A stretch of DNA of 64,000 bases from Candidatus Pacebacteria bacterium CG2_30_36_39 (GTDB taxonomy: Bacteria > Patescibacteriota > Microgenomatia > UBA1400 > PJMF01): the NCBI GenBank assembly GCA_001873435.1, contig MNZB01000002.1, positions 1,620 to 65,619 on the forward strand, given 5' to 3'. A model generated the notes under the pieces. That model was not told where the DNA came from, made no database searches, and saw nothing but the letters and a program-made list of their open reading frames with translations. Below are positions 8,721 to 18,241 of the stretch, piece by piece (the first letter of the stretch is position 1; the number at the start of each line of letters is the position of its first letter). The translations under genes and the position numbers were made by a program.

Positions 8721-10049
8721 TTATTTTAGATATCTAAGCCAAATGATGCCAAAGGCAATTAGACTATTAATAATTACTAATGGTAGAGCTAATAATAAAT
8801 ATTTTCCGAATTGAACATGAATTTTTTCCTTTTCAGCTTGACCAAGAGCAATAACATTACAGGCAGCAGCAATTGGAGATCCAGCACCACCAATGGAAGT
8901 GCCCAAGTTTAAGCCCCACCAAAGAGGATAAACAAAAATCCCTGCTTTTTCCATAGTTTGAATTGCTCCAACCATGGTAATGTTGTAGGGAACGTTATCA
9001 ATAAAAGTTGATAGAACTGCTGATCCACCAGTAATTAAAAATAATAAATAATCCATATTGCCCTTGGTAATATAGACCAAGCTTTCTCCTAATTTCTCAA
9101 TTACATGGGTGAAATCGAGGGCGCCTACAACTATAAATAGTCCTGAGAAAAAGAAGAGAATTTCCCAATCAATTAAGTCTCTAAAAATATTTCTTGGCTC
9201 TTTGTGTAAGAGTAACATGAGGATAAAAGAAGCTCCAATTGTTAAAGTTGCGTTATCAAGAGTTATGCCTGTTTTTTTGGCAATAAATTCTTTACCCACC
9301 ATTAGGGTGATTACTAGAAACATCATTGGTACACCTAGCCACATAATATCTTTATGTTTTAGAGCTGCTAATGGTTTAAACATTTCTACGTCTTCTTTTT
9401 TAACAGTTACTGCAGAAAGTTGTTTACGGAAGACAATTAGCATGTACAAGATGGTAACTACAGAAAGAAGTAAAACAATGAATCCTGAGTTGGCAATGAC
9501 TTCTCCGAATCCCAAACCAACTGTTTTGGTTTGATAATAGGTTGTTGGATCTGAAATAGGGGTCATGGCTCCACCAATATTTGCCATTACGATAATCGTG
9601 AATAAATAAGGAAATGCTGGTAAATTTAATTCTTTAACTAAGACAAGAATAATTGGAGTAACTATTAATATGGTTGGAATATTGGAAAATAAAGCAGTCA
9701 TAAACAAGGTTAAATAGCCAAGGACTACTAATAGCCAGCGAGGATTTCCCTTAACAAGCTTTACCAACCAGATAGCCAAAGCTTCAAATATGCCAGATTC
9801 TTTGACAATGCCAACCAGAACCATCATGCCAATAACAAATCCCAAAATATCTAAATTATGGCTAATGAAAGTGAGCGCATTTTCTTGTGAGCTGTGATCT
9901 GATGTTTTGAAGATTTGGGCCAAAATTAAAAATACTCCTCCAAGAGTTGCGACAATTACTTTATTTAGTTTTTCTGTAATTAAGAAGAAATAAACAATTG
10001 CTAGAACAACTAAAGAAAGGATAGCTGAAAAAGTCAAGCCTATTTCCAT
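8721..10049 (-). CDS. ArsB/NhaD/CitMHS-superfamily anion permease
   Basis: Polytopic. Repeated GG..T.I..P hairpin motifs (NIGGAMTPISDPTTY and TSIGGAGSPIAAACNVIALG). Confidence 0.5.
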   Translation of the reverse strand: MEIGLTFSAILSLVVLAIVYFFLITEKLNKVIVATLGGVFLILAQIFKTSDHSSQENALTFISHNLDILGFVIGMMVLVGIVKESGIFEALAIWLVKLVKGNPRWLLVVLGYLTLFMTALFSNIPTILIVTPIILVLVKELNLPAFPYLFTIIVMANIGGAMTPISDPTTYYQTKTVGLGFGEVIANSGFIVLLLSVVTILYMLIVFRKQLSAVTVKKEDVEMFKPLAALKHKDIMWLGVPMMFLVITLMVGKEFIAKKTGITLDNATLTIGASFILMLLLHKEPRNIFRDLIDWEILFFFSGLFIVVGALDFTHVIEKLGESLVYITKGNMDYLLFLITGGSAVLSTFIDNVPYNITMVGAIQTMEKAGIFVYPLWWGLNLGTSIGGAGSPIAAACNVIALGQAEKEKIHVQFGKYLLLALPLVIINSLIAFGIIWLRYLK

Positions 10050-10051
10050 AG

Positions 10052-10543
10052 CTATTGTCCCTTTCTTGTTGTGTAACGAGATGGCAAAGACATGGTATGG
10101 GCTAGGGCGTGTTTTATTTCAGATCTAGTAATGACTCCCATCAGAGATTTTTTTTCATCTAAAACAGGCACAATATACAAATCATTTTTAAGAAAATCAG
10201 CCATCACAGTCATAATATTGTCATTAACACTGACTGTAGCAAAATTTTTACGCATGATTGTTGAAACAGGTTTGTCTTGAAGTTTTTCTACTTCTTGAGT
10301 AAAAAATCCTCGACGGTACATGGCAGCAGCCATTGAAACATTTTTCTTAAACTGGTGGGGTAGAGTAGCAGCTGCCACATCTTGAAGTGCCAATACACCC
10401 AACACTTTGTTTTTGTCATCAACTACTAAAAAACCATTAATGTGTTCATCAACAAATCTTTTAACAGCATCTTTAATGGTTGCTGTGGGAGAGATAGTTT
10501 TTGGGTTTTGATTGTATATTTCTTTAATAAACATATTGGTCAA
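10052..10543 (-). CDS. CBS-domain pair protein
   Basis: Two CBS-like repeats (GFLVVDDKNKVLGVLALQDV...; YIVPVLDEKKSLMGVITRSEI). Directly downstream of the permease on the same strand. Confidence 0.65.
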   Translation of the reverse strand: MTNMFIKEIYNQNPKTISPTATIKDAVKRFVDEHINGFLVVDDKNKVLGVLALQDVAAATLPHQFKKNVSMAAAMYRRGFFTQEVEKLQDKPVSTIMRKNFATVSVNDNIMTVMADFLKNDLYIVPVLDEKKSLMGVITRSEIKHALAHTMSLPSRYTTRKGQ

Positions 10544-10699
10544 TTTATTTAATAGTATTTTTATACTCTAAAAACTTCTTTAGAGGAACTGGCTACATTG
10601 GTAATTGAAGCATAAGAATGCTCTTTGCATTGTTAGTTTGCTTCTCTATACTACAGAAGTTTTTGTTATTCTTAAAGCAGTCACTGGATAAATAAAAAA

Positions 10700-11440
10700 A
10701 TGATTCCATCTCCAATAAAATATTACCAAAATCTAGATGTTATAAAGCCTCATTGGCATCCATTTAAAAAGGTTGTTTTTTCATTGAGATCCATGTTATC
10801 AATGTTTTTTCAGAGATTAGTGGTTTTTCAACTATTATTTTTTAATTTCTTTCCTTTCAAAGTAAAAATTCATAATAAAAAAATATTGGATAAAGCAATA
10901 AAACATGGAGCAGTTTTTTTAACTGTTCATTCTGGACCATATCCTTTGATGGGTAGAATTATTCATGATTTTTACCCAAATAAGAAAATTGTAGTAACTT
11001 TTTATCATAGAAATAAAATCTCAGTATTTCCTATTTTTAAAAAGTTTTTTGAAAGATTGGGAGTAACAGTTGTTGCTCTTGGTGGGGCAATGAAAACTAT
11101 TGGCCCTATTTTGAAAAGCGGTGGTTCAATGACCCTATTATTAGATGCTCGTCTACCAGTTCCAAAACATCGTACTGAAAAAGTAAGGCTTTTTGATAAA
11201 GAAAGAAATCTTTCCACAGGGCCATATTATTTATCTACAAATCATAATTTAAATGTAGTTCCAATTTATGTTAAAAGGCAGGGAATGACTTTGCATGTTT
11301 ATGCTTTAACAGAAATTCCTCATCAAAAAATCAGTAAAAAAACTTTTATGAAAAAAGTAGCTAAATCACTAGAGTTAATGATTGAGGATACTTTGAAATC
11401 TTGGCAAACTTACGACACATTTCTATTGGGTGAGCCATAA
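10700..11440 (+). CDS. Putative LpxL/HtrB-like (LPLAT superfamily) acyltransferase
   Basis: N-terminal hydrophobic segment. LTVHSGPYPLMG resembles the H-x-G-N-W-E block of lipid-A-type acyltransferases. Weak call. Confidence 0.3.
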   Translation: MIPSPIKYYQNLDVIKPHWHPFKKVVFSLRSMLSMFFQRLVVFQLLFFNFFPFKVKIHNKKILDKAIKHGAVFLTVHSGPYPLMGRIIHDFYPNKKIVVTFYHRNKISVFPIFKKFFERLGVTVVALGGAMKTIGPILKSGGSMTLLLDARLPVPKHRTEKVRLFDKERNLSTGPYYLSTNHNLNVVPIYVKRQGMTLHVYALTEIPHQKISKKTFMKKVAKSLELMIEDTLKSWQTYDTFLLGEP

Positions 11441-11493
11441 ATTAAATCTCAAAGGCTGTTTTAATATTCTTTTGCCGTTATAATACTTTTTCT

Positions 11494-12549
11494 ATGGATG
11501 TATCTTTGTTTGACTACAACTTATCTCAAGATAAAATCGCTCAATTTCCTGCAGAACCACGCGATAGCTCTAAGTTATTGGTAATAAATAGAAAACAAGA
11601 AACTTTAACTCATGAAATTTTTCATGATTTATTGAGTCAACTTGGATCGAATGATGTTTTAGTTTTAAATGAAAGTAAGGTTTTTCCAGCTAGGTTACTT
11701 GGAAAAAAAGAATCTGGTTCTTTAGCTGAAATTCTTTTACTTCATCCAGTTGGACAAGAAAAATGGTTGGCGATAGGTAGGCCTAATTTAAAATCTGGCC
11801 AAACTGTGTATTTTGAAAATAATGCAACTGCTAGGGTTTTGAGTAAGAAATATGGTGGAGAAATAGAGGTTCAGCTTACTACAAGCACTAGCGATGCAGA
11901 GCTTTTGGATCAGATTGGTCATACTCCATTACCTCCATATATTCATAGTAATTTATCTGAACAACAATTAAGAGAAAAATATCAAACTGTTTATGCTCAA
12001 CAGCAGGGATCAGCAGCAGCTCCAACTGCTGGATTACATTTTACTGAGGAACTACTTACCAAACTAACTGAAAAAGGAGTGCAGATTGAAAAAGTAACTT
12101 TGCATGTTGGCTTGGGTACTTTTCAAAATTTAAGACCAGAGAATATTACAGAAAAAAAACTTCATTCTGAATGGTATGAAGTTTCAGTTGAAGCTGCCCA
12201 ACGTTTGAATGGGGCTAAAAAAGCAGGGAAGAGAATCATTGCTGTTGGTACTACTTCAGCCAGAACATTGGAAAGTGCTACTCTCAATGGAGAAATTGTG
12301 GCTGGGGCAAATACCACTCAACTATTTATTTTTCCTCCGTATAAATTTAAATTTGTTGATAGTTTAATTACTAATTTTCATTTACCAAAATCTAGTTTAC
12401 TAATGTTGGTTAGTTCATTAGTTAGCGAGCCACAAGCGCAAAAAGCCTTCACTACTTTTGCTGATTCTTTAGTAGGGAAGGCTTATGCTGAAGCTATTAC
12501 CAAGAACTATCGATTTTTTAGTTTTGGTGATGCTATGTGGATTCAATAA
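11494..12549 (+). CDS. queA: S-adenosylmethionine:tRNA ribosyltransferase-isomerase
   Basis: QueA N-terminus (LFDYNLSQDKIAQFPAEPRDSSKLLV) and VGTTSARTLESA motif. Confidence 0.9.
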   Translation: MDVSLFDYNLSQDKIAQFPAEPRDSSKLLVINRKQETLTHEIFHDLLSQLGSNDVLVLNESKVFPARLLGKKESGSLAEILLLHPVGQEKWLAIGRPNLKSGQTVYFENNATARVLSKKYGGEIEVQLTTSTSDAELLDQIGHTPLPPYIHSNLSEQQLREKYQTVYAQQQGSAAAPTAGLHFTEELLTKLTEKGVQIEKVTLHVGLGTFQNLRPENITEKKLHSEWYEVSVEAAQRLNGAKKAGKRIIAVGTTSARTLESATLNGEIVAGANTTQLFIFPPYKFKFVDSLITNFHLPKSSLLMLVSSLVSEPQAQKAFTTFADSLVGKAYAEAITKNYRFFSFGDAMWIQ

Positions 12550-12567
12550 CTTTCCAGCGGTTATTTT

Positions 12568-12981
12568 TTATTGTTTTTTTATAGTTAACTTTTTTGGTTT
12601 TGCCTGCTCAGCTTTTTTGAAAGTGACTGTTAAAATGCCATCTTTTACCTTTGCTTCAGGTTCTAGATTATGGTTTATATCTCCTGGAATTGAGATTTTG
12701 TAGGAATAGCTCCAAGAAGCTTTGCTATAGTGTTTCTTTTTATCATCTTCTACTTCATCTTCCATTTCTCCTCTAACCCAGAGGATATCTTTATCGACAG
12801 TAATATCAACATTTTCAACAGGAACACCAGCCACATTGGCTTTTACTACGATATCATTTTCAGTTTCATATACTTCTAGGCTATTTGAATATGAAGCTGG
12901 AACATTGAAGAAATCATCATCCCAAAGGTCTGGCCATCTATTGGCATTATTTCTCAAGAATGGTGAAATTGATAATGTCAT
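12568..12981 (-). CDS. Hsp20/alpha-crystallin family small heat-shock protein
   Basis: Alpha-crystallin domain (VYETENDIVVKANVAGVPVENVDITVDKDILWVRGE...GILTVTFKK). SD AAGGGAAA precedes the ATG. Confidence 0.9.
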   Translation of the reverse strand: MTLSISPFLRNNANRWPDLWDDDFFNVPASYSNSLEVYETENDIVVKANVAGVPVENVDITVDKDILWVRGEMEDEVEDDKKKHYSKASWSYSYKISIPGDINHNLEPEAKVKDGILTVTFKKAEQAKPKKLTIKKQ

Positions 12982-12998
12982 TTTTCCCTTTCTTTGCT

Positions 12999-13028
12999 CA
13001 ATTTATTGAATTATTACTCAATAAATTG
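12999..13028. promoter_or_regulatory. Perfect 11-bp inverted repeat (CAATTTATTGA-N8-TCAATAAATTG) in the hsp20 leader
   Basis: Read directly. Lies 18-47 nt upstream of the hsp20 ATG, downstream of a TTGACA-16-TAAGAT promoter-like element on the minus strand. Confidence 0.5.
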
Positions 13029-13108
13029 GCAGAACAAACTACTAATTGCTAATATCTTAACGCAAGGAAAATAATTGTCAATGATCTGTTGAGACTGCTA
13101 ATTCAAGC

Positions 13109-13855
13109 CTAAATTGATTTACCAGAAAGAGAGAAAAACTTGAATATTTGAAGTGAAAAATCTTGAGATTTTCCAAGTAATAATAGGATGCCAAATAAAA
13201 TTACAACGCTTCCAGCAACATAAGAAATATATTTGCTGATTTTTTGATATTTTTTTAAAGCAGGCACAATTTTTTCAAAGGCTAAAGACACTAAAATAAA
13301 TGGTGTTCCCAGACCAATACCAAAACTAGCTAAGAGCAATGAACCAACTAACGCTGTTTCTGCTTGAGCAGACCAATATAAAATTACTGCTAGCACTGGT
13401 CCAATGCATGGAGTCCAGCTAAAACCAAAACCAACCCCAGTTAAAAAAGCATGAAGATTAATATTTTTTTCAAAGAAAGTATGTAAAGGAGTTTGGCGTT
13501 CTCTGCTTAAAAAGTTTGATTTGAAAACTCCCAACAAATATAGACCTAAGGCTAAAAAGAAAATGCCACTGATTTTTTCAATTAAATCTCTGTAGCTCAA
13601 TAATGCCCAAGAAATTCTTTGTAAAACCAAGCCCATGGCTACAAAAGTAGCAACAAATCCTAGAACAAAAATGCTAGCGGTTTTTAAAATATGGTGTTTA
13701 TTTTTTTTATCTCCCAAGTTTTGAAAAGAAATTCCAGAAAGATAGCCTAAGTAGGTGGGGACTAGTGGGAGGATACAAGAAGCAAAGAAAGTAAAAAAAC
13801 CTGCCAAATAAGCGGTTATAAAACTAACATGAGTTCCATCAAAAAAGTCATTCAC
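13109..13855 (-). CDS. ccdA: Cytochrome c biogenesis/thiol-disulfide transporter CcdA (DsbD family)
   Basis: Six TM helices. Paired TM cysteines (SCILPLVPTYLGYLSG and WTPCIGPVLAVILYW). Confidence 0.7.
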   Translation of the reverse strand: MNDFFDGTHVSFITAYLAGFFTFFASCILPLVPTYLGYLSGISFQNLGDKKNKHHILKTASIFVLGFVATFVAMGLVLQRISWALLSYRDLIEKISGIFFLALGLYLLGVFKSNFLSRERQTPLHTFFEKNINLHAFLTGVGFGFSWTPCIGPVLAVILYWSAQAETALVGSLLLASFGIGLGTPFILVSLAFEKIVPALKKYQKISKYISYVAGSVVILFGILLLLGKSQDFSLQIFKFFSLSGKSI

Positions 13856-13940
13856 AGAATTATTATACTGGTTTTAAGATTAAAAAATAGTCAAATAAAA
13901 TTATATTTGAATTTGTTTTTTTATTAATTATAAAGTTTAA

Positions 13941-14357
13941 TTGACTGCACTAAATATGAAAAAACACACATATCTAATATTATTGTTTTTGACATCATTG
14001 TTTTTTTCAGGTTGTTCTTTGCAAAAGAAAACCAATCAAGTCGATAGCTCTCAAATAAATAACCAAGCAACTGCTCAACCTTCAATTACAGCAATCAAAC
14101 AAACTGGGATATCTGTGAATGAAATAATTAAGCACAACAACGCCAATGATTGTTGGTTGGTAATTGATGGAAATGTTTATGATGTAACAAAATATATAGA
14201 AGTAGGTATTCATCCAGGTGGAGAAGCTATTCTAGAAGGTTGTGGTTTGCTGGATTCTACTAAATTATTTACTACTCAAGGTGGAAGAGGCGAAGGCCAT
14301 TCAACCAGTGCTACTCAGATGCTTAAGACTTATTTAATCGGAGAAATTGCTAACTAA
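13941..14357 (+). CDS. Lipoprotein with cytochrome b5-like heme-binding domain
   Basis: Lipobox LFFSGC. b5 signature HPGG within NEIIKHNNANDCWLVIDGNVYDVTKYIEVGIHPGGEAI. Confidence 0.55.
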   Translation: MTALNMKKHTYLILLFLTSLFFSGCSLQKKTNQVDSSQINNQATAQPSITAIKQTGISVNEIIKHNNANDCWLVIDGNVYDVTKYIEVGIHPGGEAILEGCGLLDSTKLFTTQGGRGEGHSTSATQMLKTYLIGEIAN

Positions 14358-14980
14358 TTTCTTTTGGCAATAAATAGGGAAGACCATTCAAGTAAAGCGA
14401 TGACTAGGGTTATTAGGGCTTTAATATCTGGATTTCGCAAGACAATATGAATAAATAATAGCCAGATTATGATGTAACTTAGGTTGTGAAGTTTCTTCCA
14501 TAATTTACCCATTTTTTTGAATGACCAGTCATTAGAAGTTAAAAAAAGTGGAGTAGCAAGCGCAAAGGCAGTAACTCCAAAAATTTCAAACAAACTAAAA
14601 GATAATAAGTCTCCCCTAGTTAATAAAATTGGAAAGACTCTTGACCAACCATAGTGAGTTAAAGCGAGAAGGTAGGTTAATATTCCTAGTTCTTTGCGAA
14701 AAAGCATTAAAATAGTGCGGAGGGGTAAGAAAAAGTTTGTAACTTGAAATCTGCGCATGATGCCTGGTAATAGAGTTAGCCAAAAAACTATTAGACTTAA
14801 ATCCGCAGCTTTTCTGCCAAAATTGCTCCACCATGGTCTAATTGCTCTAATTTGATAGCTGAATAAAAAGAATACGATTAGGGTAATAAATAAAAAATAA
14901 AAACAGCGACGAATAAATAATTGGTTTTTTACGATTAATTTTTGAACTTCTGAAACCAAAAATAACAATTTGCGCAACAT
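14354..14980 (-). CDS. MsrQ/YedZ-like ferric-reductase-type heme-b membrane protein
   Basis: Six TMs. KMGKLWKKLHNLSYIIIWLLFIHIVL matches the E. coli MsrQ block [26 protein letters not shown]. The upstream LTHYGW His is also matched. Confidence 0.55.
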   Translation of the reverse strand: MLRKLLFLVSEVQKLIVKNQLFIRRCFYFLFITLIVFFLFSYQIRAIRPWWSNFGRKAADLSLIVFWLTLLPGIMRRFQVTNFFLPLRTILMLFRKELGILTYLLALTHYGWSRVFPILLTRGDLLSFSLFEIFGVTAFALATPLFLTSNDWSFKKMGKLWKKLHNLSYIIIWLLFIHIVLRNPDIKALITLVIALLEWSSLFIAKRN

Positions 14981-14997
14981 AATTTTATCTTATCACT

Positions 14998-15040
14998 ATT
15001 TGGGCCTTAGTGATATTTTTTACCAATCTAAGGCCCAAAT
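14998..15040. terminator. 13-bp perfect inverted repeat hairpin (ATTTGGGCCTTAG-N17-CTAAGGCCCAAAT) downstream of eno
   Basis: Read directly. Lies between the eno stop (15062) and the start of the MsrQ-like gene (14980). No clean U-tract. Confidence 0.4.
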
Positions 15041-15061
15041 TAAATTATCAAGTAGTTTAAT

Positions 15062-16309
15062 TTATTTTTCTAAACGTTCGGCAATTCTGATTAGTTCATT
15101 ATATTTTGCAGTTCTTTCACCACGACTTGGAGCTCCAGTTTTAATTTGTCCTGCTCCAGTACCAACTACTAAGTGAGAGATGGTAACATCTTCAGTTTCA
15201 CCACTACGATGAGAAACCACATTTTTCCAGCCAGCATTTTCACTAGTTCTCATTGCCTGAAGGGTTTCTGTTAAAGAACCGATTTGATTTACTTTAACCA
15301 ATAAAGCATTACAAGCTTTTTCTGTAATTGCACGATCAATACGTTGAGTATTTGTAACCAAGAGATCATCGCCGACAATTTGGATTTGTTTGCCAACTTT
15401 ATTAGTTAAATTTGTCCACCCAGCCCAATCATCTTCAGCTAGCATATCTTCAAATGAAGCAACCGGATATTTTTTGGAAAGATCAATCACCCAATCTACC
15501 ATTTGCTCTGAAGTTAAGATGTCACCATCTTTTTTGAGTTCATAGCGTTGATTTTCTGCGTTGTAAAACTCTGTTGCAGCAGCATCAAAGCCGATCATTA
15601 CTTCATCACCCAATGAGTAGCCTGCTTTTTCAATGGCTTCAACAATCAAGTCAAGAGCTTCGGTGTTTGATTTGACTGCTGGGGCAAAACCACCCTCATT
15701 GCCGACATTAACCGAGTAACCTTTTTTCTTTAATACTTTTTGAAGGTGTTGAAAAATTTCTACTCCAGTTTTGAGTTTTTCGCCCCAGGTATTAGCAGTC
15801 ATTGGCATCACCATGTATTCTTGGATGTCTGTGGCCCAATCAGCGTGTTTACCACCATTCATGATATTCATCATGGGACGAGGGAGTACAAACTTATTAT
15901 TGCCATAAAGTTCTCCAATGTATTCATATAGAGGTCTTTTTTGAGCTAAACTACAAGCCCAAGCAAAGGCAAGTGAGACACCAAGAATGGCATTGGCACC
16001 GAGTTTTTCTTTTTTTTCAGTACCATCCAACTGAATCATAAAATTATCTAGAGAAGTTTGATCATAATCATTGCCAACTAAAGCTTGTTTTAGAGTTGTA
16101 TTTACATTTTCAACAGCTTTCATGACACCTTGTCCAAGAAATGCTGTACCACCGTCTCTAAGTTCTAATGCTTCATGAGCGCCAGTCGAAGCACCGCTGG
16201 GTACTGTTGCACGACCCAAAAAACCGCCTTCAACAGTTACATCTACTTCTACTGTCGGATTACCACGAGAATCCAAGACCTGACGACCATGTATTTGAGT
16301 AATTTTCAT
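15062..16309 (-). CDS. eno: Enolase
   Basis: MKITQIHGRQVLDSRGNPTVEVDV with full-length conservation. AGGAGG SD 7 nt upstream. Confidence 0.95.
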   Translation of the reverse strand: MKITQIHGRQVLDSRGNPTVEVDVTVEGGFLGRATVPSGASTGAHEALELRDGGTAFLGQGVMKAVENVNTTLKQALVGNDYDQTSLDNFMIQLDGTEKKEKLGANAILGVSLAFAWACSLAQKRPLYEYIGELYGNNKFVLPRPMMNIMNGGKHADWATDIQEYMVMPMTANTWGEKLKTGVEIFQHLQKVLKKKGYSVNVGNEGGFAPAVKSNTEALDLIVEAIEKAGYSLGDEVMIGFDAAATEFYNAENQRYELKKDGDILTSEQMVDWVIDLSKKYPVASFEDMLAEDDWAGWTNLTNKVGKQIQIVGDDLLVTNTQRIDRAITEKACNALLVKVNQIGSLTETLQAMRTSENAGWKNVVSHRSGETEDVTISHLVVGTGAGQIKTGAPSRGERTAKYNELIRIAERLEK

Positions 16310-16392
16310 TATTTCCTCCTAATATATTAATATTCTTTTCTTGAGCAATAAAAATCATTAAACCCAGTTATAATACTCTATAGATTAATACC

Positions 16393-17157
16393 ATGCTACT
16401 TCGTTTAAATAAATATCTAGCTCAATTGGGAATTGCATCACGTCGTGGAGTGGATGATCTTATCGAACATAAAAAAGTTTTTATTAACGGCAATCTTGCT
16501 CAGTTGGGTGACAAAGTTGATGATCTCAAGGATACAGTTACTGTTGGCAAAGATGTTTATAAACCAATGAGTGACGGCGATAAACAACAGTTGGAATATT
16601 GGGCTGTTTATAAACCAGTTGGTTATGTTAGTTCAACTGCCGATCCCAGTGGTAAACCGGTAGTGACAAAGTTGGTTAAAAGTAAACAGCGTTTATATCC
16701 AGTTGGTCGTTTAGATATTGATTCTGAAGGTTTGATTATTCTTACCAATGACGGAGCATTAACTCAAAGACTTACTCATCCAAAACACCATGTTCCAAAA
16801 ACTTATCATGTCACTGTTAGAGGTCGTTATACGTATAATGCTTTGGAAAAAATTCGCGGTGGTCTTAGGATGAAAAGCCAACGCATCGCTCCTGCAGATG
16901 TAAGGGTTTTAGAAAAGACTGAAGAAGGCACTGTTTTGGAGATTGTTTTGCGCCAAGGAATGAATCGTCAAATTCGAAGAATGATGAAAGCAATTAATTT
17001 AGAGGTGGTGAAGCTGGTTAGAGTGGCAGTTGGTGGATTAGAATTGGGTGATCTTAGACCAGGCAGAGCTAAACAGCTAACCTATGAGCAAAAACAATTG
17101 CTATTTATGCCTTTGATTGCCAAAGAAGAATCAACATTGAGTCCAGCTCAGGATTAG
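16393..17157 (+). CDS. Pseudouridine synthase, RluB/RsuA family (S4 + PseudoU_synth_2)
   Basis: S4 domain N-terminus (LNKYLAQLGIASRR). Catalytic VGRLDIDSEGLIILTNDG. Confidence 0.85.
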   Translation: MLLRLNKYLAQLGIASRRGVDDLIEHKKVFINGNLAQLGDKVDDLKDTVTVGKDVYKPMSDGDKQQLEYWAVYKPVGYVSSTADPSGKPVVTKLVKSKQRLYPVGRLDIDSEGLIILTNDGALTQRLTHPKHHVPKTYHVTVRGRYTYNALEKIRGGLRMKSQRIAPADVRVLEKTEEGTVLEIVLRQGMNRQIRRMMKAINLEVVKLVRVAVGGLELGDLRPGRAKQLTYEQKQLLFMPLIAKEESTLSPAQD

Positions 17158-17170
17158 TTACAATAGGTTT

Positions 17171-18241
17171 ATGAAGAATTTGTTAAGTAGTTGGTTTAAG
17201 CAGTTACTCTCCAATTGGCGTTTGGTGGTTATTGTTTTATTTTTTTCAATTAGTTTAATATCTGGTGGAATATATTTTTTTAGTTATTTAAAACAACAAA
17301 AATTTAAAGATTTTCGTACTAATTTAAGTAAAACTAATATTAATTTGGATGATTTGGTGGTTGGAAAAGTTGCTAAAAATGACATTCCAAATCTTTCCCA
17401 TCCTAAATTAAAGTTTCAACAAGCTAAAGATTTAGACTTAAAACCTTTCAGTGAGGGAGTTTTAGTGGATGTTTTAGGTAGGAAAAGATTTTATCCACTT
17501 AATATTTTAACTTGGCATGAGGTTGTTAATGAATTTTTTGATGGAGTTCCTTATGTTATTACTTATAGCCCACTATGTGATTCTGCTGTGGTTTTTCAAA
17601 GTAGTATTAATGATGAAGGTTTAACTTTTAGAGCGAGCGGATTTTTGTATCAAAATAATTTAGTTTTTTATGATACTAAAACAGAAAGTCTTTGGTCTCA
17701 GGCAGCAAATAAAGCTATTGCTGGAGAAATGGTTGGAACAAAAATTAAAGTTTTACCAAATACTCAAATCATGACTTTTGCTGAAGTTAAAAAAAACTTT
17801 CCAGAAACAGAAGTTTTATCAGAAGATACTGGTTATATCTTGAATTATAGCTTCAACCCATATAGTGGTTATAATTTATCTAAAGATATATTTTATCCAG
17901 TTAATGTAGTTAATAAACGTTTTCCACAAAAAGAGATGATGTATGTAGTGCCTTTGGAAAACAAGTCATTAGCTTTTTCTGCAAAGAATTTTCCAGAGGG
18001 AAAAATCCGAGAGAGGGTTGTAGATGGAGTTACTATCAGAGCTGGTAGAATTGGCAAAGAGATCATAGTTAATAAAGATAAAGAGCGTTTGAGTGGTTAC
18101 CAGCAAATGTGGTTTTGTTGGTATGCACAACATCAGGATGATGGAATTGTTTGGGAATACGATAAAAGTTTAGATAATCTAGAAACAGATGCTATTCAAA
18201 AAGAGGCAACCAACCAAAGTGTTGTTCCGACTGAAAAATGA
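17171..18241 (+). CDS. Membrane-anchored protein, DUF3179-like
   Basis: N-terminal TM. Blocks YPLNILTWHEVVNEF, VITYSPLCDSAVVF, FRASGFLYQNNLVFYDTKTESLWSQ and C-terminal MWFCWYAQHQ resemble my recollection of DUF3179. Confidence 0.4.
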   Translation: MKNLLSSWFKQLLSNWRLVVIVLFFSISLISGGIYFFSYLKQQKFKDFRTNLSKTNINLDDLVVGKVAKNDIPNLSHPKLKFQQAKDLDLKPFSEGVLVDVLGRKRFYPLNILTWHEVVNEFFDGVPYVITYSPLCDSAVVFQSSINDEGLTFRASGFLYQNNLVFYDTKTESLWSQAANKAIAGEMVGTKIKVLPNTQIMTFAEVKKNFPETEVLSEDTGYILNYSFNPYSGYNLSKDIFYPVNVVNKRFPQKEMMYVVPLENKSLAFSAKNFPEGKIRERVVDGVTIRAGRIGKEIIVNKDKERLSGYQQMWFCWYAQHQDDGIVWEYDKSLDNLETDAIQKEATNQSVVPTEK

